In this document: positions 61,559-64,000 of the stretch, piece after piece
Position numbering within the stretch: the stretch's first letter is position 1
Layout of the letters: each line of letters begins with the position of its first letter
Source of the DNA: an uncultured Candidatus Saccharibacteria bacterium
GTDB lineage: Bacteria; Patescibacteriota; Saccharimonadia; Saccharimonadales; JAGQNJ01
DNA length: 64,000 nucleotides
Assembly: GCA_965231045.1 (NCBI GenBank)
Contig: OZ246406.1
Coordinates: forward strand, 514,208 to 578,207
Reading direction: 5' to 3'
Position numbers and translations under genes: made by a program
The notes under the pieces: model-generated
What the model was told of the DNA's origin: nothing
The model's input: only the letters and a program-made list of their open reading frames with translations
Database searches by the model: none

Positions 61559-62296
61559 CTAAAGAGTGCTGAGGTATTCTTCGGTTTTTTCGAGTAATTC
61601 CTCAAGGACTTTGCGATTTTTGGCTTGTCGCTCTTCACTAGTAGGGGTGTTTCTCATAGAAAGCCGTTCGATATACGAAACGGTATCATCGAGCTTGTCG
61701 TTAACAATTATCCAGTAATGGTCTTTTGATAGGGCGACTTTGAATTCTTTAGCCGCACTTTTTAGACGCCGGTTGTACTCTGATAATTCCAGACGACCTC
61801 TGTGTTTTAGACGCTTTTGCCATTCTTCAAAGCTTGGTGGAATTATAAATAAACACAGTGTGTCAGGTTTTGCTCTGATGATATTCTCCGAACCAACAAC
61901 TTCAATATCAGTTATGGCAATTTTGCCATTGTCCTGCGCCTTCTTAAGCTCAGTAATGCTTATTCCTGACACTTGTTGTTCATGGATAATTGCTGCTTCT
62001 AACATTTTGCCAGCACGCAAATTATCAAGCATTTCCTCTTCAGTCTTAAACCAATACTCAACACCATCCTTCTCTATTACGCCATCGTTTTCTCGAGGTT
62101 TACGCGTAGTGTCAGAAACGATGTAATGATAATGTCCCGTTTTAAGCAGTTCTCTAAAGATTGTGTTTCGACCAGCAGAAGTTGCGGCTGCAAAAAGCAT
62201 TAAATTTGTATCATCCAGAATTTCTCTGTTTTCATCAGATACATGATAATCTGCTAGGATTTTCTTAAATTCGTCTAGGTGTTTTAATGCATTCAT
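61559..62296 (-). CDS. Guanylate-kinase-like protein with a degenerate P-loop
   Basis: Core ..SDTTRKPRENDGVIEKDGVEYWF.. and later blocks align to Gmk (S.TTR.PR..E..G..Y.F). The Walker A position reads AAATSAGRNT instead of G/SPSGxGKS/T. It also has a 40-aa N-terminal extension. Confidence 0.65.
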   Translation of the reverse strand: MNALKHLDEFKKILADYHVSDENREILDDTNLMLFAAATSAGRNTIFRELLKTGHYHYIVSDTTRKPRENDGVIEKDGVEYWFKTEEEMLDNLRAGKMLEAAIIHEQQVSGISITELKKAQDNGKIAITDIEVVGSENIIRAKPDTLCLFIIPPSFEEWQKRLKHRGRLELSEYNRRLKSAAKEFKVALSKDHYWIIVNDKLDDTVSYIERLSMRNTPTSEERQAKNRKVLEELLEKTEEYLSTL

Positions 62297-62351
62297 AGCT
62301 CTATTGGAATACTACATTATAGCCCACATTAAAGTAAGCGCAAGTAAGATA

Positions 62352-64000
62352 TCAGTCTCGTTTTAGCATTACTGTGAATGCCTCGCTTGGAATCTCTACA
62401 TTGCCAAACATTTTGGCACGAGCTTTACCGCGTTTTTGTTTCTCTAACAGTTTTTTACGCCGCGTTACATCACCACCATAAAGTTTTGCTGTTACGTCTT
62501 TTCTATATGCACTGATGTCTTCACGGGCAATAAACTTCCCGCCGATTCCGGCCTGTAAACTGACTTTAAAGTTTTGACGTGGGATAACGTCTTTTAGTTT
62601 TTCGACAATTTGCCTGCCTAAGCTCGGTGCTTCACTCCGATGCACCATAATACTTAGTGCTTCTACAATCTCGCCAGCTACATAGAAATCAACACGCACT
62701 AGATCTTCTGCGCGATAATCAGCCAACTCATAATTAAATGAGCCGTATCCAGAAGTTACACTTTTAAGTTGATCATAAAAGTCAGTAAGTAAGTTGGCCA
62801 ATGGTGCCTCAAAATTAAGAACGGCTAATTCATCGACATAGCTAGTATTTTTTTGCAATCCCCGTTTGCTTGAAACCAGCTGAATCACAGCACCTAGAAA
62901 TTGTTTTGGTACTACAACCTCGCCTTTTATCCACGGTTCTTTTATTTCAGCAATTGTTGCAGGATCTGGTAAATCACTTGCCGATCGAATATCTAAATCT
63001 TCACCATTTTGCAACACCACATGATAGTCCGTTGATGGGTTGGTAATTATAAGGCCAATGTTATATTCACGTTCCAGGCGTTCTTTAATAATGTCCATGT
63101 GCAGTAAGCCAAGGAAACCAACGCGCATACCAAAACCAAGAACTGGGGAATTTTCTGGCTCAAATCTAAGAGCAGAATCACTCAGGCTTAGTTTTTCGAT
63201 CGCATCCTTTAGTAAATTGTAGTTTTCGTTGCTGTCCGGGAAAAACCCTGCATAAACAAAAGGCTGAACGTCTTTATAACCAGGCAGCGGCTCAGTAGCC
63301 TTATCCTTGGTCAGGGTAACTGTGTCGCCAACTTTAGCTTCGCGTGTTGACTTAAGGTTAGTAACCACATACCCGATCTCGCCTTGCTCTAAACCAGACA
63401 TGGCCTGCATATTTGGTTTTAGGGCACCGACTTCAAGCGCAATTCCATCAGTATGTGTTGCCATCATAGTAATTTCGCTATTTTTAGAAATTTGCCCGCC
63501 AAAAACTCTTACATACAAAATAACTCCTCGGTAATCGTCATAATAACTGTCAAAAATTAAAGCTCTAGTTTGGCTTGTATCTACCGCCTTTGGCGCTGGT
63601 ATCTTTGCAACAATTCTTTCCAGGACGTCTTCTACTCCTTGACCGGTCTTGGCTGAAATCATCAAGATATCTTCCTTCTTGCACCCTAGAAGTGATATAA
63701 CTTCAGCACTTACTTTTTCAACATCAGCCGCTGGCAAATCAATTTTGTTCAGCACCGGAATAATAGTTAGGTCTTGTTCCATTGCTAAGTAAACATTTGC
63801 CAGGGTTTGGGCTTGAATACCTTGGCTAGCATCCACAACTAATAATGCACCTTCGCAAGCTTGTAAGCTACGTGAAACTTCATAACTAAAATCAACATGG
63901 CCAGGAGTGTCGATCAAGTTTAGCTCATAATCTTTGTATTGCATGCGCACAGGAGCAAGCTTAATGGTTATGCCCTTTTCGCGTTCCAAATCCATACGAT
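62352..64000 (-). CDS. lepA: Translation elongation factor 4 (LepA), N-terminus outside the window
   Basis: ..DLEREKGITIK..LIDTPGHVDFSYEV..NKIDLP.. GTPase motifs and the LepA-specific C-terminal domain. The ORF runs off the window edge. Confidence 0.95.
   Translation of the reverse strand, partial: RMDLEREKGITIKLAPVRMQYKDYELNLIDTPGHVDFSYEVSRSLQACEGALLVVDASQGIQAQTLANVYLAMEQDLTIIPVLNKIDLPAADVEKVSAEVISLLGCKKEDILMISAKTGQGVEDVLERIVAKIPAPKAVDTSQTRALIFDSYYDDYRGVILYVRVFGGQISKNSEITMMATHTDGIALEVGALKPNMQAMSGLEQGEIGYVVTNLKSTREAKVGDTVTLTKDKATEPLPGYKDVQPFVYAGFFPDSNENYNLLKDAIEKLSLSDSALRFEPENSPVLGFGMRVGFLGLLHMDIIKERLEREYNIGLIITNPSTDYHVVLQNGEDLDIRSASDLPDPATIAEIKEPWIKGEVVVPKQFLGAVIQLVSSKRGLQKNTSYVDELAVLNFEAPLANLLTDFYDQLKSVTSGYGSFNYELADYRAEDLVRVDFYVAGEIVEALSIMVHRSEAPSLGRQIVEKLKDVIPRQNFKVSLQAGIGGKFIAREDISAYRKDVTAKLYGGDVTRRKKLLEKQKRGKARAKMFGNVEIPSEAFTVMLKRD

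Noticed and set aside
1-64000. Alternative genetic code (UGA recoding, as in some CPR lineages), prophage or integrative element, toxin-antitoxin, restriction-modification or other defence islands.
   Set aside because: - Conserved genes (eno, recA, dnaK, ruvB, lepA) translate full length with the standard code.
- No integrase, transposase, phage structural, cas or restriction-modification-like ORFs were recognised anywhere in the window.

Overview
This 64-kb window is densely coded, moderately AT-rich and reads cleanly in the standard bacterial code. Most genes sit in long, tightly packed or overlapping minus-strand operons.

**Likely source (inference only).** The content fits a small-genome, Gram-positive-type bacterium of the CPR/Patescibacteria kind, most like Saccharibacteria. 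The supporting features are:
- a type IV pilus locus with no secretin
- LPXTG-like sorting signals
- an L,D-transpeptidase and RNase Y
- shortened TsaB and HrcA
- many tiny membrane ORFs

**Recognisable content, in order:**
- murA 3' end, tRNA-His, a Pup-like gene and eno
- a 2-hydroxyacid dehydrogenase fused to phosphoglycerate mutase
- an L,D-transpeptidase, then tRNA-Gly and tRNA-Arg
- a membrane-anchored double-AAA+ Clp-like ATPase
- a PCP-motif P1B ATPase
- secreted beta-helix and NHL-repeat surface proteins, a PrsW protease, tRNA-Pro and an ABC1 kinase
- a four-gene hydrolase operon
- rny, tsaB and tsaE, a lamin-tail-domain protein, and recA-nudix-recX
- a roughly 10-kb pilus locus (pilin, pilB, pilC, pilA, three pilin-like genes including a LamG tip candidate, pilMNO)
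- ruvCAB with yebC, comEC, an ABC exporter and tRNA-Lys
- a roughly 10-kb CIRCE-fronted heat-shock unit (hrcA-grpE-dnaK-dnaJ with small unknown genes interleaved)
- a GGDEF gene and a RimB-like / Mur-ligase-like / RimK / DUF192 cluster
- a guanylate-kinase-like gene and the lepA 3' part

**Most unusual signals:**
1. Two homologous structured elements of about 110 nt sit next to tRNA-Arg and tRNA-Pro. Each ends in an exact copy of the 3' terminal 21-22 nt (including CCA) of its neighbouring tRNA. They show compensatory base changes and have their own flanking terminators.
2. A split, cyanophycin-synthetase-like pair (RimK ATP-grasp plus CphA M-domain-like ligase) lies with a retropepsin-like protease and a diguanylate cyclase, downstream of the heat-shock genes.
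3. A clear Pup homolog ending in GGE has no pupylation or proteasome genes in view.

No CRISPR array, rRNA, integrase or transposase was seen.
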